A DNA stretch of 63,209 nucleotides, filler included, from Vezdaea acicularis (Eukaryota), in NCBI GenBank assembly GCA_026025075.1. It is 2 parts of 2 records of this genome, joined end to end, with 100 filler letters (N's around TTAATTAATTAA, not from the genome) between each part and the next. Parts side by side here need not be neighbours in the genome. Positions count along the whole stretch, not along the records: positions 32,046 to 63,209 come from JAPEUI010000161.1; 1 more part is not named here. One strand, 5' to 3'. Below the pieces are notes generated by a model that saw nothing but the letters and a program-made list of their open reading frames with translations, was not told the origin of the DNA and ran no database searches. Both the position numbers and the translations under genes were made by a program. This document shows positions 52,566 through 63,209 of the stretch, piece by piece. Each line of letters begins with the position of its first letter. Within the stretch, counting starts at the first letter, position 1.

Positions 52566-53240
52566 CTTGAAAGATTAAAGAGGGGATGACAGGAATAGAA
52601 GCTGGTGGCCTGTCACGGAAACGGTGGATGAGATGAAGATGGAGACGAGAATCGTCAGAGACGGATGTTGAGGATTTGAAGAAAGGATGGTGTGTGGTGG
52701 AGCGAGGCTGATCAGAAGCGTGGAACCTGTCCTTGCAGTACCTCTGCGGTGACCTCTAGGCTAATGCTTATTGGGACCGGCTCAGCTTGCGCGTTTCGCT
52801 GCACGGTGACTAGAGCACGTTGGTACTGTTTGCTCTCAACACCGAGCTATATGGCAGTGGGCTAAGGGGGCGAGTATACCAACGAAAGATTTGGTAGAGG
52901 TATTCAAGTTTTACGTGTTAGAGTGGTGCGTCTAGTAAAGCGACCGGTGAATGGGGGAAGGGTATTTCTGTGAATGGTTGCTGGTGCAGCGACGAGGATC
53001 TAGAGACTTGGGAAGGCGCAGGCTTGGTCTCGGCTTGCAGCGAGCTGGGCCAAGACCAACAATAGGAGGGAGCTGCGGGCCTCGGCGCCATTGGTTGCCA
53101 CCGCCCAAGGCAGAGACGGCGAACGAAGAATTCAACCTGACCTTTGGGTTGTTCAGCTCTTAAGTTCGATTACCGCTGCCTAAATTTCGCATTCCAACGG
53201 GCGGCGCGAATGAATAACTGGGGGATAGGGACGCCTCGAG

Positions 53241-53248
53241 CACGTGAC
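53241..53248. promoter_or_regulatory. CACGTGAC bHLH (Cbf1-type) E-box in the RHO1/uL24m divergent promoter
   Basis: Exact octamer about 90 nt upstream of the uL24m ATG. Confidence 0.35.
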
Positions 53249-53337
53249 ACGGGAGACTCCGAACATTGAACCGAGAGATTTTATGTTGATCCAGATGATG
53301 CATCTGGGTTAGACAGTCATTTTCAGCTACCCACACT

Positions 53338-54485
53338 ATGCAGAAGCTATTACGACGTGTGCATCATGCGAACAGGCAAGCTGCGAGACGAGGCGACGCC
53401 AAGGCGGCTAAAAGGGAGTGGATGGAGAAGAAAGCAGAGCAGAGTCAAGAAAGCTACAAATGGAAGCAAATACATCAAGAACGACGCGATGCTCGTCGAG
53501 CTCGACGGGAAGATTGGGAACTAGGCCCGCTGGCTCCTCTTCGTGATGTCGGAGCTAAGAAGCACACATATGGGGCCGTGAACAATCGCAGGTTAAGAGG
53601 ATCGAATGTTCCTGTGGACAAGCGAACGAAGTATTGGAACATTGCCCTGGGGGACCGAGTGGTTGTGCTAGAAGGAAGGGACAAGGGCAAGATAGGTCTG
53701 GTCAAGTCGAAAATCAAAGAGACGGAGGAGGTCACTGTGGGAGGATTGAACCTCGTGAGTTATATTTACACCACCAGCTATGCTTTGCGCTGGTGGATGG
53801 TGTAATTCTCTTACTTATCATTTCTAATTTGCAGGTCGACGTGGAATTACCGGAGTACATGCGGGAACATGAATTGGATAAACGCCCCTTTCGAACGGCT
53901 GAAGCAGCCATACCTCTCCGTTCCGTCCGCCTTGTGCACCCCCTAATTGACGAGACAACTGGCGTCAAAAAGGACGTTATCATTAAAGAGCTAGCTGTGG
54001 CGGACATGACATTCAATCCTCTCCTTGGCAAGAACGAATGGGAGCGTGTGGTTCCTGGCCTGGGAATTCGAATACCCTGGCCGGAACGGGCTCCTAGACA
54101 AGAAGTTGACGAACCTTCAGACACACTACGGATAGACGTGGAAAGGAAAACCTTTGTACCTACTCTTTTGCGACCGCCAATGCCTCCAGAGGTTATTGAT
54201 GAACTTAGAAATAAGTATAGCAAGTTCAGAACAAGGCACGATGAAGAGTACCTAGCAAAGAAGAGGTCGGAGGATGAGGAAATGTGGAATAAGAAGGAGA
54301 TGGCAAAGCTGATGGAGCCACCAGTAAAGACGTTAAATCGGCAATTGAGACGCGAGGCTAAGAAGGAGCCAAAACCAAAGCTCTCAGACAAAACTTTATT
54401 GAGGATCGGCGAAACTATGGCAAGGAGCAAGGGACTGATATCAGAGACAGCTATGGTTTCGCCAGAGACCTCAACTGCGTCATAA
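53338..54485 (+). CDS. MRPL40: Mitochondrial ribosomal protein uL24m (KOW domain)
   Basis: Exons 53338-53754, 53835-54485. EDWELGPLAP, KOW motif GDRVVVLEGRDKGKIG, VRLVHP, TFVPTLLRPPMPPEVIDELRNKYSKFR. Confidence 0.88.
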
Positions 54486-56189
54486 CGGCTTTAAAGAAAG
54501 ATAAGCATTGTATCATAGAAAGGGAACCCATTCCTGTATTGAATATACGGTGCTAGAGCCATTCATCTCCCCTTCTTATATGAACCATCCTGCAGTTACC
54601 TTCATTTTCTTTCTCTTCATGATAAAGGCCTCCTTCTCTAGCCATTCCATCTACTTTCGGCCACTATGGATCCCACGATTCACGTCCGCAAGTAGTCGGG
54701 AATGATCTTTCTTTTGAGGTCTCATTGCAGAATAGCGCAACAGAGGATACTGTGAGGACGTTCTATTCGAAGGTCCAATAGAGAAGCCGCCAAGGTAAGC
54801 TGGAGCTATGCGACGGAGAAGACGAATGATTGGAAATGCCAGTCGTATTTCGTCTCCGTTCAAAAACATGTTCTCAGAGAGCATGAAGCCTTCCTAGAAG
54901 AAGCACTACGGTCACATATCGATCGTCTCATCCTTGGCCGGAACACAGGCTTTCTTATAAGACCCAGGTTACTTGAATCGTCGATTGGAAACACCCTACA
55001 TATTCGGTTTCTCTAAAATCCTCGATTATCGGAAGCCAGCAGGAATCGTGTAGCAAAGCAAGCAAGCACTGGGAACCATGCTTTCCTTAGAAACACGGTA
55101 CCGTGCTTAGCCAATAGAGGAGGTCCTCGGATTACATACCTGCTTTTAGGAGGGCTTTCGCATCCGAAAATAACTTGGGGCAGATCAAGTCCTTGCGCCT
55201 GAGACCGCCCATATCAGCCCTCCGCGTTATCATCGAAAAAGTACAAGACTCGGGCGGTTTCAGCGCCATAGATAACTCTACGCGAGGGAAGAACTTCAAG
55301 CGCCGTTGGGTGGGAGATAAGTCATGGAATATGGCCCTCTCGATCCTCCGATGGCGCCGCTGCCGTTATCATAATGCGCCAGATGCATGCATGCACGGTT
55401 TACCTTGCTTATTTGGTCGATCGGTCGGTCATAGCAGAGACGACGAGAAGAGTAGAAGGGCTCAGGGTCCAAACGGATCACACGGACATCAACTTGCACG
55501 TTCGTGCGTCGGCAATAGAAGCCATGGAAAGTCCAAAGGCTGCCCTTTAACTCCAAGCTCAAGCCTCTTGACCAGGTAGGGATCTGCCAGCGATGATGGA
55601 ATAGGACAACTTTAGCGCGCACAGGGCAAGGGGATAAAGTGTCGGCAGCAGAGAAGGTGCTTCCGATGCAAGTGTGCGACATCTGAGCAAATCATCGTAG
55701 CCAATACCAGGGCTGCTGCTTTTTCTCCGGGACTTACCCAGGGCGGGCCGCCGGAACTACTGTACGTAGGTGATAGGAAGCTGCAGAGGCTATCACACTG
55801 CCGCTGTTGAAGAGGTCGTAGGCATGGTGTGGAAAGACGCGGGTGCGGCAGCCTCGCTTGAAGCCGCCAGCGGCAGCGGGTCGAGGCTCCACAGGCTCGT
55901 GGGGTTCCTTGAACATCTCACCATCCTTGTCTTGTGCGATCACTCCGTCTCCGCGTTTACGCCTCTCATTTGCTCTCTCATGACTAGCACGCCGAACGGT
56001 TGGAGCCCCGCACAAATGAGCGGCCCTTTCTTGCAGACCAAGGGCCCTTGAATGCCCATATTATTCCAGCGCCGCCTCCCGCGCTTCCCTGATCCTTCTC
56101 CGTAGCCTCGAAAACTCGACTCGTCCTAAATTATCCCCCAATTGTGTGCCCGTACCTGCGCATCGCATTGATCTGAACAGAACCAGAGT

Positions 56190-57704
56190 ATGGCTACGAC
56201 AAGCGCACCTCATGATCCGACTGCTGCCAATCCTACCATCATTGGAAACACGCTTGAGGCGGACGATGTAAGTCTACATAATGCTTGCCCATCACAAGTC
56301 CATGGGCTGATCTTCAAAATCTGTGTAGCATGACGACGCCGCTGACTCTGCATTGGGCGATGAAAGCGATGCGTAAGTGTAGCAGTCTACTCGATTAATG
56401 TTTAGCAGTCATTCACAGTTCATATATCGTAGTGGGAGTGCAACCACCTCGCTCGCATCAAGCATCATGCGCTACCGCCAAGAAAACGGGCGCACTTATC
56501 ACGCATACAAAGATGGAGGTGTGTAGCATAAATATCTACCTTGCACTTGGTGATGGCTAGTGTTGACCATCTTTTGTTAAGTCTATATCTTTCCGAACGA
56601 CGAGGTAACAATTCTCCAAGCGGGTCATGCTCGTGCCGAAACCCTTACTGATATGCGATTCTTAGAGAGAGAGCGATCGATTAGGTATGCGGGAAAGCCG
56701 TTATGAGCTCAAAGGCTTGGACTGAAAGGGCCCTAGATCTTCAACACCACCTGTTCCTTCTAACCTTCCATGGAAAGCTGTTTCTTGCACCGATTAACGA
56801 GAATCCATTACACATACTTGATGTCGGAACGGGGACGGGCATATGGGCGTTAGATGTTGGTTAGTATATGACTTACAAGCATATTTTTCATTCCACATTC
56901 TAACCCTATGTAGCGGACGAATACCCAGGTGCAAGTGTTGTTGGCATCGACCTCAGCCCCACTCAGCCTAAATTGTCAGTCCGCTTGGTGCTTATAATTT
57001 TCATGCGTGGGCAACTAACGTGTGGACGGTAGCGTACCACCTAACCTTAGCTTTGTGATTGATGATATCGAGGACGCTTGGACTTTCTCCCCCAACAAAT
57101 TCGACTTCATTCACCACCGAATGATGGTTGGATCATTCCTAGACTGGCCAAAGTACTTTACCCAATGCTACGACCACCTCATTCCAGGCGGATGGATTGA
57201 AATGCAAGATATTCATTACCCAATCAAGTGCGACGATGATAGTTTACCAGATGATGCTCCTATTAAACGCTGGTCAGACTTGATGATGGAAGCTTCTGCA
57301 AAAATTGGGCGGCCTATGCATATCGCGCACCGGTACCGTGATATGCTCAAAGACGCTGGGTTTGTTGATATCCAAGAAGTGCACTACAAATGGCCTACCA
57401 ATACTTGGCCGAAAGGTAAACCAGAAAAAGAGCTTGGCGCATGGACATTACAAAATCTCCTTGATGGCTTGCACGGCTTTACAATTGGCCTGCTCACTCG
57501 CGCTCTTGGATGGACCGTACAGGAAGTTGAGGTCTTCCTAATAGGCGTTCGACAGGATGCGCACAATCGTCGTATCCATAGCTACTGGCCAATGTATGTG
57601 TTGTTAATGTTTTCCGTCTTCATGACTGTGTAGTACTAACCTTACTCCATAGCCACGTTGTCTATGCCAGAAAACCCGAGGCAAAGAAGCCTGTGGAGTC
57701 ATAA
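56190..57704 (+). CDS. LaeA-like class I SAM-dependent methyltransferase
   Basis: 9 exons: 56190-56267, 56329-56372, 56433-56518, 56582-56604, 56666-56684, 56737-56859, 56914-56974, 57033-57593, 57653-57704. YRQENGRTYH, FPNDERESDRLDLQH, LDVGTGTGIWA, GIDLSP, PGGWIE. Confidence 0.92.
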
Positions 57705-58346
57705 GCTAGAACATCAATATCATCTGACTAGATACTTCAGTCTCACTATCTTTCAGCGCTTTATATTTTTCATCACTGGACTCTTAGGATGGAGTTGGTT
57801 AGGATGAGCCCAAAGTACCGCCGCAGTGTCTTTTTCCGATCATTTACGAATACATCATAATTGGACCCAGTCCTCGAAATTACGAATATCTCACGATTCA
57901 TTTTAATTATCGCTCTGCTCTCCATGTGGATGTGAGCGTCGCTGTATCTAGGAGTAGGGTTGGGAGGTTTCTTATTACCCTAAAATAAACAAGCCCAGGC
58001 GCTCAACACAAGCTCATCCTGCGTGTTACCGGTGTTTACAAATATATCAGAATGCCGCCCGTGATCTCTGTAATAAACGAACTTTCATTCATCTTGTCCT
58101 CTCAAATAAGATGAAAGGACCAAAACCTCGCAGCTTCCGTAGCCTCATAAAATCGGCTTACCAATGTTCCATTCAAGGTTTCCAGCAAGCATCGCTTAAA
58201 ACCGGAACAGAAGTGGCCGCCCCACATCCTTCCCATACCCGTCCCTCACAACTACCAAATCCACCACCGTATCAAGAACAACACCACCAACCCCCTCATC
58301 CCTACCATTACGACATTCAGTTCCAGGTCATAAACCCGTACTCGCC

Positions 58347-58931
58347 ATGGCCGCGCCTGCGCCCCGCCTTCAACTCCGCCAGAGCAGTCCCACAACGGGC
58401 TCCGCGACCCAAACACAACAGGTCGCAAACCCCGCCGCCGCCGTACGAGAGCTGCCCCCCGTACTCACACTGCGCGGCGCGCCGCTAGAGGACAGGCCCT
58501 GTGTCAGATGGGCAGAAGATGTAGTGGACAATGAGGGGTTAGGGCGGAAGAGCTCGAAAGGTATGTTATTACGGTCTGAATATGCCGATCTGGAGAAGGG
58601 TAGTGGCTAAGTGATGGGTGCAGTCTGTTGCATATACCATGCGCCTCGCGAACCGGGCGACTCGAGCTCGGAGTCGTCGAGTGATTCAAGTAGTAGTGAT
58701 GAGGATAGTGAGGAGGATAACAGTGCGGCGCGACCTGTTGGCGGAAGAAGAGGTGGCAAGAGGGGACATCGTCAGCGACACAACCATGACCATGACCACC
58801 CAGAAGGAGGGCCAGGGAAAGACGATGCGAACGGGAAGGGCAAGGAAAAGCAGAGAAACAGGAGTCCGAACGCGTACGAGAAGATGCCGAAGCACACACG
58901 TCTTACTCAACCTAAGGAGGGCAATAGCTGA
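58347..58931 (+). CDS. YPI1: Protein phosphatase 1 regulator Ypi1 / inhibitor-3
   Basis: Exons 58347-58560, 58624-58931. [25 protein letters not shown], Ser/Asp tract, SPNAYEKMPK. Confidence 0.93.
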
Positions 58932-59241
58932 GAGCTAGGGTTTCAAAGGCGTTAGTCATGGATGGCATTCTTCGGGGTTAGATGTTGGATTTATATTTTC
59001 AGGTGTTTGGATTGGGCTTCATGGATTACAATTGCATAGCGCGGAAGAGCTTGGCGTTGATGTTCTGCTTTTCATTGTCAGAGAAGAATTCAAGATCTCT
59101 CGCCTGGTCTCTTTGGGACTGGCATATACAAATGACTCCACCCATACTTCTTAAACTTCTTGATGAAGCTCCAGCAATACCCGCCTTACGCCTAACATGC
59201 AAACTACTCCTTTTCTCTCCTTAAGTATATGAGACGGCGCC

Positions 59242-59870
59242 TCACCCTTCTATCCTATCCCTCTTAAACGGATCTCCATCATTCAACAACTGTACCACTG
59301 TCCCATCCTGCATCTTAAGACTCCACTCCTTCGTCTCAAACTACCCGCAAATCAGCAACAAAGTCCCCACAGCCCACTCTCTCCTCTAGGAAGAAAACTC
59401 ACCACACCGCCCCTCCCTTTCCGCTCACTCTTAAACTTCATGACCCCTCCTTGCCTCTTCCCCTTTACCGCGAACTCAATATCTATCCGGCCATGCAACT
59501 GGTTCAACTCCCCCCAGATCCACGGGATACTGTTCGCGAAATAGATCTCATCGCCCAACAGCTCTCTCGCCCTCGGATTCGTCCTTAAAGCGTACAACGT
59601 CGAGCTGACCACGCTCGACGACGATTTCTGGTAGTTGAAGATGGCGAGCATGGAGCCTCCCAGGATGACAAAGAAGATGGGCATGGTTTTGAGCCAGCGG
59701 TGAGAGGAGCGCAGCGATGGGAGGGCGCGGTCGGCCCGCCGGCTCATGAGGGGCCCTTGGCCTGGTTCGGGGGCGGCGACCAGGTGGCGGCAGGGTGTTC
59801 GTGCTGCATTTCTGGGTTCTAGGTAACGGAGAAGCCGTGGGCGGAAAGTTTTCAGGAGGGTAGAGGACAT
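59242..59870 (-). CDS. COA1: Cytochrome c oxidase assembly factor Coa1
   Basis: Exons 59870-59403, 59340-59242. Presequence, one TM segment, IFNYQKSSSSVVSSTLYALRT, LLGDEI, WIWGELNQLHGRIDIEFAVKG. Confidence 0.88.
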
Positions 59871-60039
59871 CGTGTAGGAAATTGTATGCTGATGAATATA
59901 CATGTAAATGTCCATGTAATTTTCGAGATCGCGAATGAGTAGCTGCTCGGCGCGGATTTTCTTACTGCCGAAACTCGTCATGGGTAGGACGAATGTTGTT
60001 ACAGTAGCAACTAGAACTTACAAACTGAACCTGCACAAG

Positions 60040-60769
60040 ATGTCTTCCTCGGGCGTTGGGCTGCAACAGAGGGCTACCGCGCGGCTAAGATCTGCAGTAC
60101 GTTATCCTAGTGATGACGACGTAGGGTCTGATCTCGACGAAGAGGGTAAGTTTCCGGCGATGTAGAGGGAGAGTTGAAGCTCGGGGCAGCTAATAGATGA
60201 ATTTATAGAGCAAGAAAAGCTAATTTACTCCCTCCGTACCAAGAACGCATCACAGAACTTGTTCTACACCGTACGCTATCTATAGCCTCTCCAGACTCAC
60301 TTCCTACACGAGATTTGCTAACCTTACTCTATAGAAAGTCTTCACGTTCCTTCCCCTCGCTATATCCACATATTATGCCTACCTGCTCTTCATACGGCCC
60401 CCGCTCTTCCCCCTCCTCGCCTTGACATCCCTCCTCGCGACCTCCTTCACCACTGCCTTTTCAGCAAAGCCTCAAACCTTCCAGCGCCCTTTCCCCAACG
60501 CGGCCCGCTTCTTCAATGCACGCAGTGGCGGATGGCAGCCCACGCTCCCACAGGAGTACATCGTTTACCTGAACGGTGTACTGGTTGTCCTAATCAGCTT
60601 GTATGGGGTATTGGAGAGCCGGCGACGGACAGGTGGTGACGCTTTTGGGCTTTTCAGGTGGGGCGTGCCCCTACTAGTCAACATAGTGTGCAATGTGGCA
60701 CTGAGAACGATGGGAGAGGTGGATATTCGACCACTTGAAAGTCTAAAGTACAATTATAAGGGCGCTTAG
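60040..60769 (+). CDS. Conserved hypothetical small membrane protein
   Basis: Exons 60040-60145, 60209-60270, 60335-60769 with canonical introns. DLDEEEQEKLI acidic motif, about four hydrophobic segments, terminal LESLKYNYKGA. Confidence 0.75.
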
Positions 60770-63209
60770 AGTGTCCGCATCGTCCGGATCGAGTTTTTGA
60801 TCGGCTCCAAGAGGGAATTCATTCTCTTGAAGGCTTCTAGCTCGTCTTGCTCAAGCACCTCCACTTGATGAACGCCGAGCATACAACGTCGTCAAGAGTG
60901 GGCCGCGCCGAGGGCTCGCACTGCATCATGTTCCTCTAAAGAGACAGAAGCCAGCTTCTGAGATTTCATAAAATGTCATGGGAGAAACTTCGGCAGAAGC
61001 CGTCGAGTTTCTCTGGGATTGAAGTCAATTCTGGCGAGCCTGGGTGATGAAGGCCTCTTACACGTCGTGTAATAGAGGGGGAAGGGGCTTAAACAGCCTA
61101 CACTGGCGACAAAGTGACACGTTATATGGCAACCACCGCCCAGTCATCCTAAAATTCTGGTCCAGCTATCACACTCCACGCATTTGAAAGAGATAATCAA
61201 TGGAAGAGGAGAAACTACACGCTCTAGAGAGACCTTTAAGGGGACTGAGTGCCCCAGATTGCCTGACTTGGCAACAACAAATAGATGATGCTCGATAGCC
61301 ATGGCCGAATCGGACTCGGCAAAAGGCTGTTGAACATTGAAGTCCCAGGGAATACGCATAGAGTAACTAGGTTTAAGGGCTAAGTCGAAACCTTTCGTGT
61401 GGCACGAGGCAGTAAAAATTTGGGGGGAATGGAGTAAGGCGGAGCAGAAGTCACCAACCGACGAGGAAACGATTCGGAGTGACGCGTTCACAGCCCAACG
61501 CCGCGCCCCGCGATCACCGGGATACCGTCTCAATTAGAGTATACAATTCGAACAATTTACCTCAATCCACAGCTTTCTGGTGAAATGCGCCTGGACGTAT
61601 CCTACCCGTCATCCTGGATCCTGCCAATATCCATACCGCTCTCTACCCTCTTCTGAAGCTTCTCTTTCCTTTTCGCTTGAGGCTCATGCCGATGAACTGA
61701 ACCACGAGAATGTTCTGGGCAGACCACGGGTGTTTGCTTTCGCCAGTAATGAAGGCTTATCTTAGCTCCCCTACGGAAAAATTCACCTAGGGAAATCTTG
61801 CGTGTTCTGCTGACACAGTATTGGCATCGTTAGTCTTGACCAGATAGCAAGTTGGAATACTGTGGTAGCAGAGGCAAACGCACATCAAGGCTCAGAAACA
61901 TCTCTCCGGGATCCCCAATTCACACAAGCATACGTTCTCAGTTCGGACCAGTCCTTTGAAATTCCGATAATGACCTCTGCGAACTCCACCAAACGCCACG
62001 CATCAGCCTAACCATTCTCCACCATATCTTCGCAATTAAAACTACCCACCTACTCCCCCCGCCCCCTCCACACCTCCTACCAACCCCTCTCGCTATACCC
62101 CTCAACCACCCCCCTTCCTCTCACAAAGCCCACACCCCTCCGCCTTCAAATGATGAAACTCAAACCCATGCTTCGTACACAGCGTTTCATGAGTGGTGCA
62201 ATACCTTGTCCCCGCCACCGGCGTGGTAGCATACACGCAGCCGCCCTCGTTCTCCCTTTTACAGGGCTTAGGCGCCATTTTGGGGTTGGATTTTTGTTGG
62301 GGGTGGGCGATGTGGGGGAGAGGTTTTTTGGGTTTGAGGGGAAATGGGATGGGGGGGGGGGGCTGATGGCGGCGAATGGGAGGGAGGAGGGTGTATAAAG
62401 GGGATTAAGAAGTGGGTGGTGACTCTGTATCATGCTGGTCCACGGGGACAGGTAATACCAGAAAACCCATGTCCTCAAACAACTCTGACTCTTTCCCCTC
62501 CCTTCCTCCCCATCCAACAGCCAAAACGTGTTTGCCTCCAAAAGTCGCGGAGCACGGAAACCGTTTGCTCCCTGAACACTCTAGAAAATACCAGCCTATC
62601 ATGACAGCCCCGCGCCGGCTTTTGCCAAAAACAATCATGGCACTCTCTGAGTACGACTCATCGCTCATATCACCCGAGAGCAGAACGATGCGTCAGAGAT
62701 ATCACTTGCCATCGTCCCCCCCCCTTTCGTGCCACCACACCCCTTTCGGTTTTCCCCTCACGCGTGCGCCTGACGAGGAAGGTCGATCCGGTTCGCATCC
62801 CGCGACGTCTCCCCGCAGAGCCAACCATGACCGCCATCGTACTGTCTCTGCAAAACGCATAAACGCGACCTCTTTCCCCCCGCAGAAAGATGGGGACGGC
62901 AAGGGAATTTACTTTTTGGGGAGGAGGTCGAGGCGTATGTGTGGTCTGGTATGATTGTTTCTGCGATGTGAACGGGCGAGACTCTTCGTTTGTGCCGGTT
63001 GGGAGGCGTGAAGGGCGTGAAAAGGCGTGCTTCAGAGGAGATGGCCTTCCGGTGAGTGCCAGCGGAGGCATTTGGGATGGTGGAGAAGGTGAAGAGACGC
63101 GCAGCTAGATCAGCATAGATGCATGAGCTGCATTTCATATCCTCAGCAAGCGGAGAAAGGGGGGGAGGAGAGCAAAGATCTATTCCATGGGGCTAAGGGC
63201 CAGTCGTAA

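Noticed and set aside
56190..57704. True laeA orthologue or secondary-metabolite cluster
   Set aside because: Looks like a member of the large LaeA-like paralogue family; no PKS, NRPS or tailoring genes nearby.
62412..63209. ORFs at the right end (62412-62954, 62670-63071, 62758-63138)
   Set aside because: Mutually overlapping low-complexity frames with no recognisable domain or consistent splice model.

Overview
Gene-dense, intron-rich nuclear DNA from a filamentous ascomycete (Pezizomycotina-type GTRAGT / RCTRAC / YAG splice signals). I resolve 27 protein-coding genes. Most are conserved housekeeping genes: CK1-gamma/Yck, Nup133, Dre2, Stf2-like, bL17m, uS12, EamA transporter, Fmt1, Ccz1, Hv1 proton channel, nuclear PABP, Rsp5, MetR/Cys-3, CENP-N/Chl4, TatD, an MBL-fold hydrolase, Ecm25-like RhoGAP, Ufd2, Rho1, uL24m, Ypi1 and Coa1. 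The rest are a DUF6536-type membrane protein, a secreted Ser/Thr-rich protein, a LaeA-like methyltransferase and two hypothetical proteins. The window is not one natural contig: 31946-32045 is an artificial N44-TTAATTAATTAA-N44 spacer that cuts off the 5' end of a gene. I found no tRNA, rRNA, CRISPR array, intact transposon or biosynthetic cluster, and I cannot support a new multi-gene system. The best leads are post-transcriptional: a stopless intron splitting the Rsp5 catalytic Cys codon, an intron-split start codon in the Stf2-like gene, a Cys-containing uORF before MetR, a probable dual-targeted TatD, and an unexplained palindrome-dense element at ~41.0-41.3 kb. Exon coordinates were read by eye and family assignments come from motif recognition, not database searches.
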